DNA of 64,000 nucleotides from Candidatus Omnitrophota bacterium (GCA_026387405.1 JAPLLV010000057.1:1503-65502), one strand, 5' to 3'; counted from the stretch's first letter, positions 16,640-25,944 are shown. Program-made: numbers and translations. Notes: generated by a model not told the origin, from the sequence alone.

Positions 16640-19600
16640 GATATAAAAGCTATCTAAATTTTCGTCATTGCGAGCCCCGAAGGGGCGAAGCAATCAAATC
16701 TGAGATTGCTTCGTTTCGCTCGCAACCTTCGGGATTGCTTCGTCGCCTGCGGCTCCTCGCAATGACGATACCGATAATTTTCTCCCTGTTGTTAGGCCAT
16801 TCTGCGGCAGTTGAGAATGTGGCGACTGGTGATAATGTGACAGAGCTTAAGTTGGCCAAGGAGTTGGCCAGGCAGGAAACTCAAACCAAGAAAGAAGATC
16901 TGCGCCGCCAAAAAGAGGACGAGAAGAGGCGTAAGCTCCAGGCGCAGGCCAAAGAAAAACAAGAATTGCGTAGACAAAAGATATCGCAAAAGAAACGGCA
17001 GCAGGAAGAATTGCAGGCTAAAAAAGAACAGCAGAAAAGGCAATTAGAAGAGTCTAAGGAAGAGGAGTTGGCGCGGGAACGCGAGCGCCAGTGGCAATTG
17101 GCCGAGGAGCAACGGCAGCTGCAGGAGGATCTCGAAGAGAGAGGCCTGCAGGAAAAGAGGCACAAAGATGCGCAGGAGCAGCTAAAAGAAGATGTCCGGC
17201 AGGCAGACAAGCAAAAAGCAGAGGAGCTCCGGCAGCAGTTGGCTGATCAAAAGAAATATGAGCAGTATGAATTAATGCAACAAAAAGATGAAGAGGCGAA
17301 GAGGCTGGAGGAGCTCAGGGAACAGATAAAGGTCAGGGACGAAAGGCATATCTGGCAATTGGCCCAGGATAGAAAAGAATTAGAGCACCAGTTAGCCGCC
17401 GCGGATCTGGAGCGGCAGTTAAAACAGGAGGCGGCGCAAAAGGCAAAGGAACAGGCCAGGTTAGAAGCCCGGGTCAGGGAAGAAGACCGCCGGAAGCAAG
17501 AGGAGATCCAAAGACAGCAAAGGATAGATCAGCTGGCCGGGCAGAAGAAGCTGCAAGAGAAGAAGCAGCAGGAATTAAAGGCCGAGGTCGGCCTTAAAGA
17601 AGAGGTGCGCCGCAGCAGGGAGATGGAAGAGAGGCAACATACTTATGATGAGCTGGCCCAACGGCGCGTAGCGCAGTTAAATAGATTGGAATTCGCCCGG
17701 CTGAGCAGGGAAGAGGCCGAAGCCGAATTAAAGATCAAACATGAAGAGAAGTTAAAAGCGGAGGTTTTAGAGAAGCTGCGCAGGGAAGAAGGACAGGGAC
17801 AGATAGTCCAGGAGCGCTTGCAAAAAGAAGAAACGGCGAGGCAGAAGAGGGAGATTGGGCTGTCTGTTACCAAAGAAGAAGCCGCTAAAACTATTAAAGA
17901 GGCAAAGGCCGGGGAAGAAGAACGCTTGAAAAATATAACAGAAGAAAAAAAGCGCCGGTCGGAAGAAGCTGTCCAGAAGAAACAAGAAGAGCTAAAAATT
18001 TTGGCTGCCGCCAGAGAGCGCCGGGAGCGGGAATTGAAGGCAAAACAAGGGGGGTTGGCCGCGAAAGAGAAAGAACTACAGGAGAAACTCAAAGCCTCTG
18101 CCCTTGAAGCAGTGCAGGGCAAGGCCATGACCGAGGTGATGCTGGCCAAACAACGCGAGGACAACGCCAAGATAAATAAAATCGAGCATCTCTGGCGTAA
18201 ATCCAGGAAACTCTACGCCGAAGCGAAATACGAAGAGGCCATAAAAATGTTCCAGGAGATCATAGTCCTTGAAGGAAACCCGCGCGTAAAATACACCCCT
18301 TACGCCAAGATGTATTTAGAGAAGGCCCAGCAGAAGATCGAAGAACAAAAGAAATACGCGGCCGAACAGAATATAGCGCTGATGGATAATGAAATGAGCC
18401 GCCAGGTGCTCACCAAACAGATGCCTCCATACCTCGAACCTCCGCAGAAGACCGAGATCAAGGGTTTCACGGACGAGGAGCGCCTGATCGAGATGTCGCC
18501 TGTCAGGAAGACACTGCAGAAGAAGATCACCTTGGATTTCGACAAGTTAGATTTAAAAACGGTGATTGCCTTTTTATCGCAGGAGTCCGGGGTAAATATT
18601 ATCGCCTCGCAGAAAGTTCTGGAGATGGGGCTTAAGGTGACCGCGCGTTTCAAGGATACCGCCGCCGAGGAGGCGGTAAAATATATAACCAAGAGTTTAG
18701 GCCTTATCTACCGTATTGATAAAGACCTGATTTGGATCGCCCACCCGGAGGAGATCGCCAAGGAACCCCTTGAGACCCGGGTATATTATCTGAATAAGGG
18801 GGCGGGTTTATTTACGGAATTTTCCCCTATCTCGTCAGGTTCTTCAAGCGGCGAAACAAGCCTTGGAGGCAGTTCCGCGCAGATCACCAAAGTCCGCACC
18901 CTGGAAGATACCCTGAAGGACGCGATCCCCTGGCCTTCGGATTCCAAGCTTGTTTATGACAAGCGCGTGAACGCGCTCCTGGCGCGTAATACCCCGCAGA
19001 ATTTGCAGATGCTGGAAGATATACTTTTCAGCGTAGATGTCACGCCCTACCAGATCCTTATCGAGGCCAGGTTCATTGAAGTCGAAGTCGACGATACCAA
19101 GGAGTTTGGTTTGGAATGGCAATTCAACAACGATTTCGCGCTCACGTCCGCGTCTAATAAAGGCGGCAAAGCCAAAACCGTTATTACGAAGAATAGCGGT
19201 GTTGATTTCTCTACTTTCGCCCGCGCCGCAGAAGGATTAAACTTTACTTATCAGGGGTTGTTGACTAACCCGCAATTCCAGACCGTCTTACACGCGCTTT
19301 CAGAATCAAAGAAGATCAAGACCCTTTCTTGTCCGCGCATAACTACCTTGAACAATCAGCTGGCTACGATGAAGGTGGTTGACGAATGGATCTATCCCAC
19401 GCGGTATGAGTATGAAATTGTCCAGGTGGATTTAAACGGCGACGGGCTTTTTACCGGGGCGGGTGAGACGACATACAAAAACGTGCCCAAGGATTTCTTG
19501 CGGCGCGATGTGGGTATCCTGCTTAAGGTGGTTCCTTCCATGGGCTCGGATAGAAAGACCATCAGCCTTTCCTTGATCCCGGAAGTAAGCGAAGGTACTG

Positions 19601-19890
19601 CCGATGGGTTCACTTATGCCGGAGACGTAACGCTTCCAAAATTCACCTCGCGCAACCTTTCAACGACGGTTGTGGTCCAGAGCGGGGATACGGTAGTTTT
19701 GGGAGGACTAATTAAAGAGAGCCGCACGAAGACAACGACCAAGGTTCCGCTCTTGGGAGACGTGCCCTTTCTGGGTAATTTTTTTAGGAAGAACACCGAC
19801 AGCATTGCGCGCAAGAACCTGATAATTTTTGTGACCGCGAAAGTCCTTTCTCCCTCCGGGGAAGAAGTGGTAATGGCGCAGAAGAGATGA
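16636..19890 (+). CDS. pilQ: secretin (PilQ/GspD family) with a long ER/K-rich charged alpha-helical N-terminal extension
   Basis: C-terminal secretin signature ...VVVQSGDTVVLGGLIKESRTKTTTKVPLLGDVPFLGNFFRKNTDSIARKNLIIFVTAKVL. A secretin N-domain is present (...TLDFDKLDLKTVIAFLSQESGVNIIAS...). Residues ~70-600 are an almost pure E/K/R/Q/L coiled coil. The likely true start is ATG 16762 (MTIPIIFSLLLGHSAAVEN signal peptide), within the MITE terminus. Confidence 0.8.
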   Translation: MRYKSYLNFRHCEPRRGEAIKSEIASFRSQPSGLLRRLRLLAMTIPIIFSLLLGHSAAVENVATGDNVTELKLAKELARQETQTKKEDLRRQKEDEKRRKLQAQAKEKQELRRQKISQKKRQQEELQAKKEQQKRQLEESKEEELARERERQWQLAEEQRQLQEDLEERGLQEKRHKDAQEQLKEDVRQADKQKAEELRQQLADQKKYEQYELMQQKDEEAKRLEELREQIKVRDERHIWQLAQDRKELEHQLAAADLERQLKQEAAQKAKEQARLEARVREEDRRKQEEIQRQQRIDQLAGQKKLQEKKQQELKAEVGLKEEVRRSREMEERQHTYDELAQRRVAQLNRLEFARLSREEAEAELKIKHEEKLKAEVLEKLRREEGQGQIVQERLQKEETARQKREIGLSVTKEEAAKTIKEAKAGEEERLKNITEEKKRRSEEAVQKKQEELKILAAARERRERELKAKQGGLAAKEKELQEKLKASALEAVQGKAMTEVMLAKQREDNAKINKIEHLWRKSRKLYAEAKYEEAIKMFQEIIVLEGNPRVKYTPYAKMYLEKAQQKIEEQKKYAAEQNIALMDNEMSRQVLTKQMPPYLEPPQKTEIKGFTDEERLIEMSPVRKTLQKKITLDFDKLDLKTVIAFLSQESGVNIIASQKVLEMGLKVTARFKDTAAEEAVKYITKSLGLIYRIDKDLIWIAHPEEIAKEPLETRVYYLNKGAGLFTEFSPISSGSSSGETSLGGSSAQITKVRTLEDTLKDAIPWPSDSKLVYDKRVNALLARNTPQNLQMLEDILFSVDVTPYQILIEARFIEVEVDDTKEFGLEWQFNNDFALTSASNKGGKAKTVITKNSGVDFSTFARAAEGLNFTYQGLLTNPQFQTVLHALSESKKIKTLSCPRITTLNNQLATMKVVDEWIYPTRYEYEIVQVDLNGDGLFTGAGETTYKNVPKDFLRRDVGILLKVVPSMGSDRKTISLSLIPEVSEGTADGFTYAGDVTLPKFTSRNLSTTVVVQSGDTVVLGGLIKESRTKTTTKVPLLGDVPFLGNFFRKNTDSIARKNLIIFVTAKVLSPSGEEVVMAQKR
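16663..16767. repeat. RPE-like MITE, copy A (GTCATTGCGAG...CTCGCAATGAC family)
   Basis: Bounded by tcgtcattgcgag and ctcgcaatgacg, with internal hairpins ccccgaagggg and gaagcaatc...gattgcttc. The ATG inside the right terminus (16762) is in frame with the secretin signal peptide. Confidence 0.7.
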
Positions 19891-19892
19891 AA

Positions 19893-20058
19893 TTGTCATT
19901 GCGAACCCCCAAAGGGGGTGAAGCAATCACGTTTGAGATTGCCGCGTCGCCTGCGGCTCCTCGCTCGAACAATATAGTTTATTCTTCGAGCGGAGCGAAC
20001 GAAGTGAGCGTAGTCGAGAAGATAAAATTGTCGGTTCGCTCGAACAGTATTCTTGGGG
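19893..20058. repeat. composite repeat: RPE-like MITE copy B plus a TTCTTCGAGCGG...TCGAGAAG module
   Basis: ttgtcattgcgaacccccaaagggggtgaagcaatcacgtttgagattgc... is ~90% identical to copy D (23461-23555). Its 3' part matches 59931-60013. Confidence 0.65.
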
Positions 20059-20096
20059 TTAAGCAACAAATTCTATGATTAGGAGATTTCATAACG

Positions 20097-21758
20097 ATGC
20101 CGGAATTAAGCCTTGAAGAAAGCATTATAAAAGAAGGAATACTGTCGGCCCCGCAGCTGCAGACTGTAAAGATAGAATTGCAGCGCAGCTCTATCACTTT
20201 GGTAGAAGCGATACGCCGCCTGCGGTTTGTCCCGGAAGACACGCTGATAAATTTTTTGAGCAGCAAGCTGCATCTGAAAGTATTCAGCGCCGCAGGCTAT
20301 TCGCCTTCTCAGGATATACTTGCCCTTTTGCCGGTTGAATTTCTGTGGGAGAAAAAGGTTGCGCCGCTATTGAAAGAAAACGATGAACTTACGGTAGGGG
20401 TGCTGGATCCTTTGAATACCGCGCTATTGGAAGAGGTGCGTTTTCGCACCGGCTTCTTTATTCGTCCCTGTTTGATCAAAGAAGAGGATTTAAACAGCGT
20501 TTTAGCCAAATATTATAACCGTAGAAGCGGCTTGCGTGCCGCGGCTAAGGAAGAGAAAGTAATAGAGCAAATAAGAGAAGAGGGCGCCGAGCCTTCGGCA
20601 ATTGAGGCAGCCAATCTTTTACTCATCCAGGCTATTAAATTCAATGCCTCGGACGTGCATATTGAACCGCAAAGCAAGGATAAGATGTCTTTGCGTTTAC
20701 GCATAGACGGCGTACTCAAAGAGATCAGCCCTCCCGATCCCAAGATATTCAATGCTTTTATTTCCCGTATCAAAATAATGTCTAACCTGGATATTGCCGA
20801 GAGGCGCCTGCCGCAAGACGGAAGGTTTAGTTTCACTACAGAAGACAGCGCTCTGGATGTGCGCGTCTCGGTAATCCCCACCATACAGGGAGAGAGTATT
20901 GTTTTAAGGCTTTTGAAACAAAACAAGAAATTACTCTCTCTCCAGGAGTTGGGCATGTCTAAAGATAACTTCGAGAAGTATAGAAAATTCATTCAGAGGC
21001 CCTCCGGGATCATCCTTGTTACAGGTCCCACCGGAAGCGGAAAAAGCACCACTCTCTACGCGTCATTATTATCCTTGCAGAGCGTGGAAAAGAATATTAT
21101 TACCATTGAGGATCCCGTAGAGTATCAATTGGATTTTTGCCGCCAGATCCAGGTTAATCACAAAATAAATCTCGTATTTGCCACGGGCCTGCGCTCGATA
21201 TTAAGGCATGACCCGGATATAATAATGGTGGGCGAAATAAGGGACCTTGAGACCGCCACTATCGCTATCCAGGCCGCGCTTACCGGGCACCTGGTGCTTT
21301 CTACCTTGCATACCAATGACGCCGCCTCGGCAGTCACGCGCTTGATCGATATGGGGATTGAACCTTTTTTGATCGCTTCTTGTTTGAACGGCGTGGTGGC
21401 CCAGCGATTGATCAGGGTCCTCTGCCCAAAATGTAAAAAGCCGAAAGTCTATACTTCCAATGACCCTGCGTTCTCCGCGATTTCTTCTGAAGCCACGGCT
21501 GCGGGGTATGAGACAGTGGGCTGCCAGGATTGCCTGAACACCGGCTTTTCAGGACGCCTGGGCATATTCGAAGTCATGGAGATGAGTCCCGAGATCGGGC
21601 GCAAGAGCGTTGATAAGGCCTCTTCCGATGTGATCAATGATTTGTGCCGCAAGGAAGGTATGAAATTCTTGCATGACGACGGACTCCAGAAGGTTCTTGC
21701 CGGATTGACAACACCGCAGGAATTATTACGCGTGATCGGCACAAAGTTGAAGAGTTAA
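20097..21758 (+). CDS. pilB: type IV pilus assembly / T2SS ATPase (GspE/PilB family)
   Basis: Walker A motif LVTGPTGSGKSTTLYASL. Also ..MVGEIRDLETA.., ..LSTLHTNDAA.., and a C-terminal CxxC zinc motif (CPKCKK ... CQDC). N-terminal GSPII_E_N-like domain. Confidence 0.9.
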   Translation: MPELSLEESIIKEGILSAPQLQTVKIELQRSSITLVEAIRRLRFVPEDTLINFLSSKLHLKVFSAAGYSPSQDILALLPVEFLWEKKVAPLLKENDELTVGVLDPLNTALLEEVRFRTGFFIRPCLIKEEDLNSVLAKYYNRRSGLRAAAKEEKVIEQIREEGAEPSAIEAANLLLIQAIKFNASDVHIEPQSKDKMSLRLRIDGVLKEISPPDPKIFNAFISRIKIMSNLDIAERRLPQDGRFSFTTEDSALDVRVSVIPTIQGESIVLRLLKQNKKLLSLQELGMSKDNFEKYRKFIQRPSGIILVTGPTGSGKSTTLYASLLSLQSVEKNIITIEDPVEYQLDFCRQIQVNHKINLVFATGLRSILRHDPDIIMVGEIRDLETATIAIQAALTGHLVLSTLHTNDAASAVTRLIDMGIEPFLIASCLNGVVAQRLIRVLCPKCKKPKVYTSNDPAFSAISSEATAAGYETVGCQDCLNTGFSGRLGIFEVMEMSPEIGRKSVDKASSDVINDLCRKEGMKFLHDDGLQKVLAGLTTPQELLRVIGTKLKS

Positions 21759-21792
21759 CATCGTCATTCAGACTATGTCAGAATACCATTTT

Positions 21793-21897
21793 TCGTCATT
21801 GCGAGCGACCAACGGGAGCGAAGCAATCTCAAAAACGTGATTGCTTCTCCGCCTTCGGCGGATCGCAATGACAACATGTTTGTGTCTCGCAATGACA
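21793..21897. repeat. RPE-like MITE, copy C
   Basis: tcgtcattgcgagcgaccaacgggagcgaagcaatctcaaaaacgtgattgcttc...gatcgcaatgacaacatgtttgtgtctcgcaatgacaag, with a duplicated right terminus. Confidence 0.7.
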
Positions 21898-21907
21898 AGT
21901 TGAAAAA

Positions 21908-23452
21908 GTGATCAGAACTAATCAATTACCCACAATGATTTTTGGCAGAAGATGGCTGTACGGAATACTGGCAGTGATCTGTATCATAATTTATGCCAAT
22001 TCTCTGGGGGGCGCTTTTGTTTCCGATGATATCCCGGGCATAGTAAAAAATCCCGGCCTTTCCCGGCCGGGGGATTTTATCCTTAATCCCCCGGTATTCC
22101 TGGCTTCTTTAAATTATATATCGGCAAAGTTCAACCCCCTGTCGTATCACTTAACCAATCTTTTCCTGCACATCCTTAATTCCATCCTGGCCTTCATATT
22201 CTTGGGACTGTTTTTTAAAACCGAACCCGCATTCCTGGGGGCTTGTTTATTTGCCGCTCATCCCGTTCATGCCGAGGCAGTGTCCTGGATCTCAGGCAGG
22301 CCGTATCTTACGCTGGGGCTCTTTATATTCGCCGCTTATCTTTTTTATCATCGCGCAGTGCGGGATGACCGAAAGGTCTCAATCAAGTTTTATGTTTTAA
22401 GCCTGGTTACGTTCTCATACTACCTGGTTGATTCTTACTCATTCTACGCTATGTTCGTTTTTTTTCTGGTATTGTGCGATCTGACGTTGGAGAGGTGCAG
22501 AAGGACATGGAGATTATGGCTCCCGTTCTTTTTTATCCTGCTGGCAAGGTTGGTATTGGCCAAATCCGCCATAGGCGCAAGGCTGCATTTTGTGACAAAA
22601 GAAATGGGCCTTAACCATGCAGAATGGACAAATCCCATCAATAATATGGCTTATTCACTCTTTTCACATTTTAGCCTGCTTGTAGTGCCGGCTAAATTAA
22701 GTCTTTACCATGAGCCGGCGGTCATCTCTTCATTAATACTTAAAATATTGCTCTGCATTTTATTACTCCTCTTGATTATTTCACCTTTTATATATAAAAG
22801 GGCCAGGAGGATCTTCCTGGCTATGGGTATTTTTGTCCTTTTCCTTGTTCCTACGTATAGCCCTTTTCCTTTTAGTTGGTTGGTTGCGGAAAGGTATGTT
22901 TATTTTTCAGCTATCTCTTTATGCATGATCTTAGCCTTTTTATATGAAAAATACGCACAGAAATGTCCAAACAGGATACATTATGCCCTGGTAGTTTTTC
23001 TCCTTATAGTGGCCGCATACGCGGCAAGGACCGTGGCCAGAAATGAAGACTGGCAGTCTCCCGGAAGGTTATGGAGGCAGACAGTAGCGGTATCGGATCT
23101 ATCTCCGCGGGCGCACAACAATATGGGCGACGCCTATGGGCAGGAGGGCAATACCGACGGGGCGATCAGAGAATTCAAGCGGGCAATCGCATTAAAGCCC
23201 GACTATGCCGACGCGTATCACAATCTGGCTAATACTTACGAGGGGCAAGGCTCGTCGGAAGAGGCGATAAAATACTATCTCCAGGCGGTAAATTTTAACC
23301 CCGGGCTTTTTGAGTCCCAGTATAACCTGGGGGTGATTTATTTGAATAAGGGACAGAATATTGAGGCCATAAAGTATCTTACCAGGGCAAAAGAGCTTCG
23401 TCCCGACGATGCCGGGGTAAACGCAGCCTTAAATATAGCTTACAAAAGGTAA
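21908..23452 (+). CDS. polytopic membrane protein with C-terminal TPR repeats (TMTC/PMT_2-like glycosyltransferase architecture)
   Basis: At least 8 TM segments are followed by TPR motifs (...ADAYHNLANTYEGQGSSEEAIKYYLQAVNFNPGLFESQYNLGVIYLNKGQNIEAIKYL...). The real start is probably ATG 21935 (MIFGRRW...). Confidence 0.55.
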   Translation: MIRTNQLPTMIFGRRWLYGILAVICIIIYANSLGGAFVSDDIPGIVKNPGLSRPGDFILNPPVFLASLNYISAKFNPLSYHLTNLFLHILNSILAFIFLGLFFKTEPAFLGACLFAAHPVHAEAVSWISGRPYLTLGLFIFAAYLFYHRAVRDDRKVSIKFYVLSLVTFSYYLVDSYSFYAMFVFFLVLCDLTLERCRRTWRLWLPFFFILLARLVLAKSAIGARLHFVTKEMGLNHAEWTNPINNMAYSLFSHFSLLVVPAKLSLYHEPAVISSLILKILLCILLLLLIISPFIYKRARRIFLAMGIFVLFLVPTYSPFPFSWLVAERYVYFSAISLCMILAFLYEKYAQKCPNRIHYALVVFLLIVAAYAARTVARNEDWQSPGRLWRQTVAVSDLSPRAHNNMGDAYGQEGNTDGAIREFKRAIALKPDYADAYHNLANTYEGQGSSEEAIKYYLQAVNFNPGLFESQYNLGVIYLNKGQNIEAIKYLTRAKELRPDDAGVNAALNIAYKR

Positions 23453-23460
23453 AATAAAGC

Positions 23461-23555
23461 TCGTCGGGTCATTGCGAACCCCCGAAGGGGGTGAAGCAAT
23501 CACGTTTGAGATTGCGTCGTCGCCCGCCTGCGGCGGGCTCCTCGCAATGACGGGG
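23461..23555. repeat. RPE-like MITE, copy D
   Basis: tcgtcgggtcattgcgaacccccgaagggggtgaagcaatcacgtttgagattgcgtcg...ctcctcgcaatgacgg. Confidence 0.7.
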
Positions 23556-23587
23556 AGATAAGGAAGTGTAAATAAACGGCATTTTTT

Positions 23588-23616
23588 TTGCATTGGCTTG
23601 TTTTATCGGCTATAGT
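23588..23616 (+). promoter_or_regulatory. candidate promoter in the AT-rich spacer between MITE copies D and E (-35 TTGCAT, 17 bp, -10 TATAGT)
   Basis: TTGCAT at 23588-23593, TATAGT at 23611-23616, upstream of the pseudopilin gene at 23797. Confidence 0.3.
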
Positions 23617-23660
23617 TTATATAGAGGTTCATATTATATATAGGAAGGAATTTTAATTAA

Positions 23661-23752
23661 CGTCATTGCGAGCGAAGCGAAGCAATCCCATTTTAGATTG
23701 CCTGCCTGCCGGACAGGCAGGCTTCGGCACTTCGTGCCTCGCAATGACAAGA
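23661..23752. repeat. RPE-like MITE, copy E (contains the ctgcctgccggacaggcagg hairpin module)
   Basis: cgtcattgcgagcgaagcgaagcaatcccattttagattgcctgcctgccggacaggcaggcttcggcacttcgtgcctcgcaatgacaag. Confidence 0.7.
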
Positions 23753-23796
23753 TGTTCATGGTTCTCAATGACCGTTTGGAAATAGAAAATTTAATT

Positions 23797-24347
23797 ATGA
23801 AGAAAAATTTAACAAGGGGTTTCACATTGATTGAAGTGATGATCGCAGTTTCCATTTTTACGGTGCTTATGGCCATTATGGCCGGCATTATTTTCGGGCT
23901 CTTTAAGACCATGCGCCAGGGAGAAGATATATTGAATAAGGAACAGAGACAGAGGATGTGTTTTTCGCGTATAAGCAGAGACATCTCCAGCTTATCTAAG
24001 GCAGCGCCGCCAAATTTATCTTTTAAGGGCGAACAAAACAGTTTTTTTTTATCTCGGCGCGGGAGGATAGCGTGGTGGAAGCCAGGTATAGCTTTATTCC
24101 CGGCGTTTCAAGTATTATGCGTTATTATGACACGGCGGTGGACTATGATGAAACCACATACCAGTCAAGCGACGTCTGCCTGGACAAGCTGGCGGACTGT
24201 AAATTTAGCTACAATGACGGCACTGCCTGGAGGGATACCTGGGATAAGGATGCAGGGAGCCATCCGAGCATGGTAAAGATAACTTTCAGGTTCAATGATG
24301 AGGAAAAAGAGAGAGATTTTGAGGTTAATATACCGGTGAGCCCATGA
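23797..24347 (+). CDS. prepilin-type pseudopilin (GspJ-like C-terminus) with apparent frameshift at a T9 homopolymer (24042-24050)
   Basis: N-terminal class-III signal MKKNLTRGFTLIEVMIAVSIF (ATG 23797, frame 1). After the T9 run the protein continues only in frame 3 (...ARYSFIPGVSSIMRYYDTAVDYDETTYQ...AWRDTWDKDAGSHPSMVKITFRFND...), ending at 24347. Confidence 0.6.
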
Positions 24348-25936
24348 AAAAATATAAACGCCGCAGCCGCATAGGGGGCCAATCGCCCGCCATTCTGAAA
24401 AGGATGGCGGGCTTTTTATTTGCCTGTTTAAACAGGAATAAAACATTAATTATATTAATAAGTTATGTATTTTTAACGAGTTATCTGGTTTACATTGTTG
24501 ATTCCGGTTTTACCGCCGAGACAAGCAGCGCTTCGTACACAGTAGGCCTGCTTACCTTTGTCAACGGCTCGGGGAGCGCCTCTTCGACTAATATCCTGCT
24601 GGAACATTCGATCCTCGGGGATATTGTGGCTACGACTCAGATGTCCAGCGATAAATACGGAGTGGATACCGGCCAGGTTTCTTTGATGCAGCCATTAGGC
24701 AAGGAGAAAATAGAGCTGATTTCCGATTTGAGGGCGCTCACAGGTGTCGCGGGGGTCACCATAAAAGAAGCGGCTTGGCAGAAGCATAATGCCCCTTATT
24801 TTTACTGGCACATAGATACCGCGCGTTCGAGCCTGCTTAAAGGCGTTTCTGTGGCTTTAGACAGGACGCCCGATGAGACCATTGATACCGATAATGATTT
24901 TTATCAATTTGCCGATAATAGTATTTCTTCCGGCAAGCACACCTTTTATGTTATGCCGATTATCGCAAGCGGCCCATACACGGATAATACGCTTAAGTTC
25001 GATATCTGGGTGGATACCGAACCGCCGGTAATACGCAACGCCTTACCGGTGGCCGGTTCTCTTACATCTAACGGAAAAATCCCGATAAGCTGTTTATTGT
25101 CCGACCCTGATTCCGGATTGGATATGAATCTGACCAGACTAAGCTTAAACGGGTCCAACGCCGCGTTCACTTATGACGACAAAAAACAAACCCTTAGCTA
25201 CGCGCCTGATTCCGGTTATCCGGAAGGGAGGAACGCGGTCCTTTTGACCGCTTATGATCTAGTAGGGAATTATATTACGAAGGGTTGGGATTTTATTGTG
25301 GATACGCAGCCGCCGTCAGGAAGCATTTTGATTAATAACGGCGAAGCAGTGACTTCTTCACCTCATGTCTTTTTAAACCTTGACACGCAAGATGTGGTTT
25401 CGGGAGTAAGAAATGTTTATATTTCCAATGACGGAGTGTTCGATACGGAACTAAACCATCCGTATCCTTATAGCGCGATAATTTCTGATTGGCTCCTCAA
25501 CGAGCCGGCTGTTGACGGCCCCAAGACCGTATATGTGAAATTTGATGATCAGGCCGGTAATCTCTCCGAGACTTATAGCGCCGGAATTGAGCTTAAGCTT
25601 CTCGTTCCGCGCACCAGGATCATTTCCGGTCCGGCGAGCGTTACTAATGAGACAACCGCAGAATTTAGATATGAGGCCACAAAGCAAAATTGTAAATTCA
25701 GCTATAAGCTGGATAACGGCGAATGGTCTGTCTGGTCGACCGAGCAGGCAATCGATTTTACGGGCCTGCCCCTGGGTAACCACTATTTTTACGTTAAGAG
25801 CGGACTGGACCTAAACGGCAACGGTGAGATAGGCCTTGATGAAGAGGATCCTACGCCCGCGCAGTGGGTGTGGACCATTACCAACGAAGACGAATTAGGA
25901 AAACAAAAACGTAAGACGTTATTCTGGCGTCGTTAA
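24344..25936 (+). CDS. membrane-anchored surface protein with Ig/Fn3-like repeats (hypothetical; pilus-associated position)
   Basis: N-terminal TM LIILISYVFLTSYLVYIV. Repeated ~100-aa modules begin DTEPPVI / DTQPPSG. 530 aa. Confidence 0.45.
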   Translation: MKKYKRRSRIGGQSPAILKRMAGFLFACLNRNKTLIILISYVFLTSYLVYIVDSGFTAETSSASYTVGLLTFVNGSGSASSTNILLEHSILGDIVATTQMSSDKYGVDTGQVSLMQPLGKEKIELISDLRALTGVAGVTIKEAAWQKHNAPYFYWHIDTARSSLLKGVSVALDRTPDETIDTDNDFYQFADNSISSGKHTFYVMPIIASGPYTDNTLKFDIWVDTEPPVIRNALPVAGSLTSNGKIPISCLLSDPDSGLDMNLTRLSLNGSNAAFTYDDKKQTLSYAPDSGYPEGRNAVLLTAYDLVGNYITKGWDFIVDTQPPSGSILINNGEAVTSSPHVFLNLDTQDVVSGVRNVYISNDGVFDTELNHPYPYSAIISDWLLNEPAVDGPKTVYVKFDDQAGNLSETYSAGIELKLLVPRTRIISGPASVTNETTAEFRYEATKQNCKFSYKLDNGEWSVWSTEQAIDFTGLPLGNHYFYVKSGLDLNGNGEIGLDEEDPTPAQWVWTITNEDELGKQKRKTLFWRR

Positions 25937-25944
25937 GCGTGTAA

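Noticed and set aside
16636-16761. N-terminal extensions of ORFs 16636, 23698 and 52425 that read through MITE copies
   Set aside because: The extensions are translations of the repeat, basic and Arg-rich with no homology. Downstream ATGs give canonical signal peptides or conserved N-termini (16762, 23797, 52440).
16665-18170. Several minus-strand ORFs (64-175 aa), Ser/Phe/Leu-rich, under the secretin N-terminal region
   Set aside because: Low-complexity mirror of the ER/K-rich + strand sequence (GAA/AAG repeats read as TTC/CTT).
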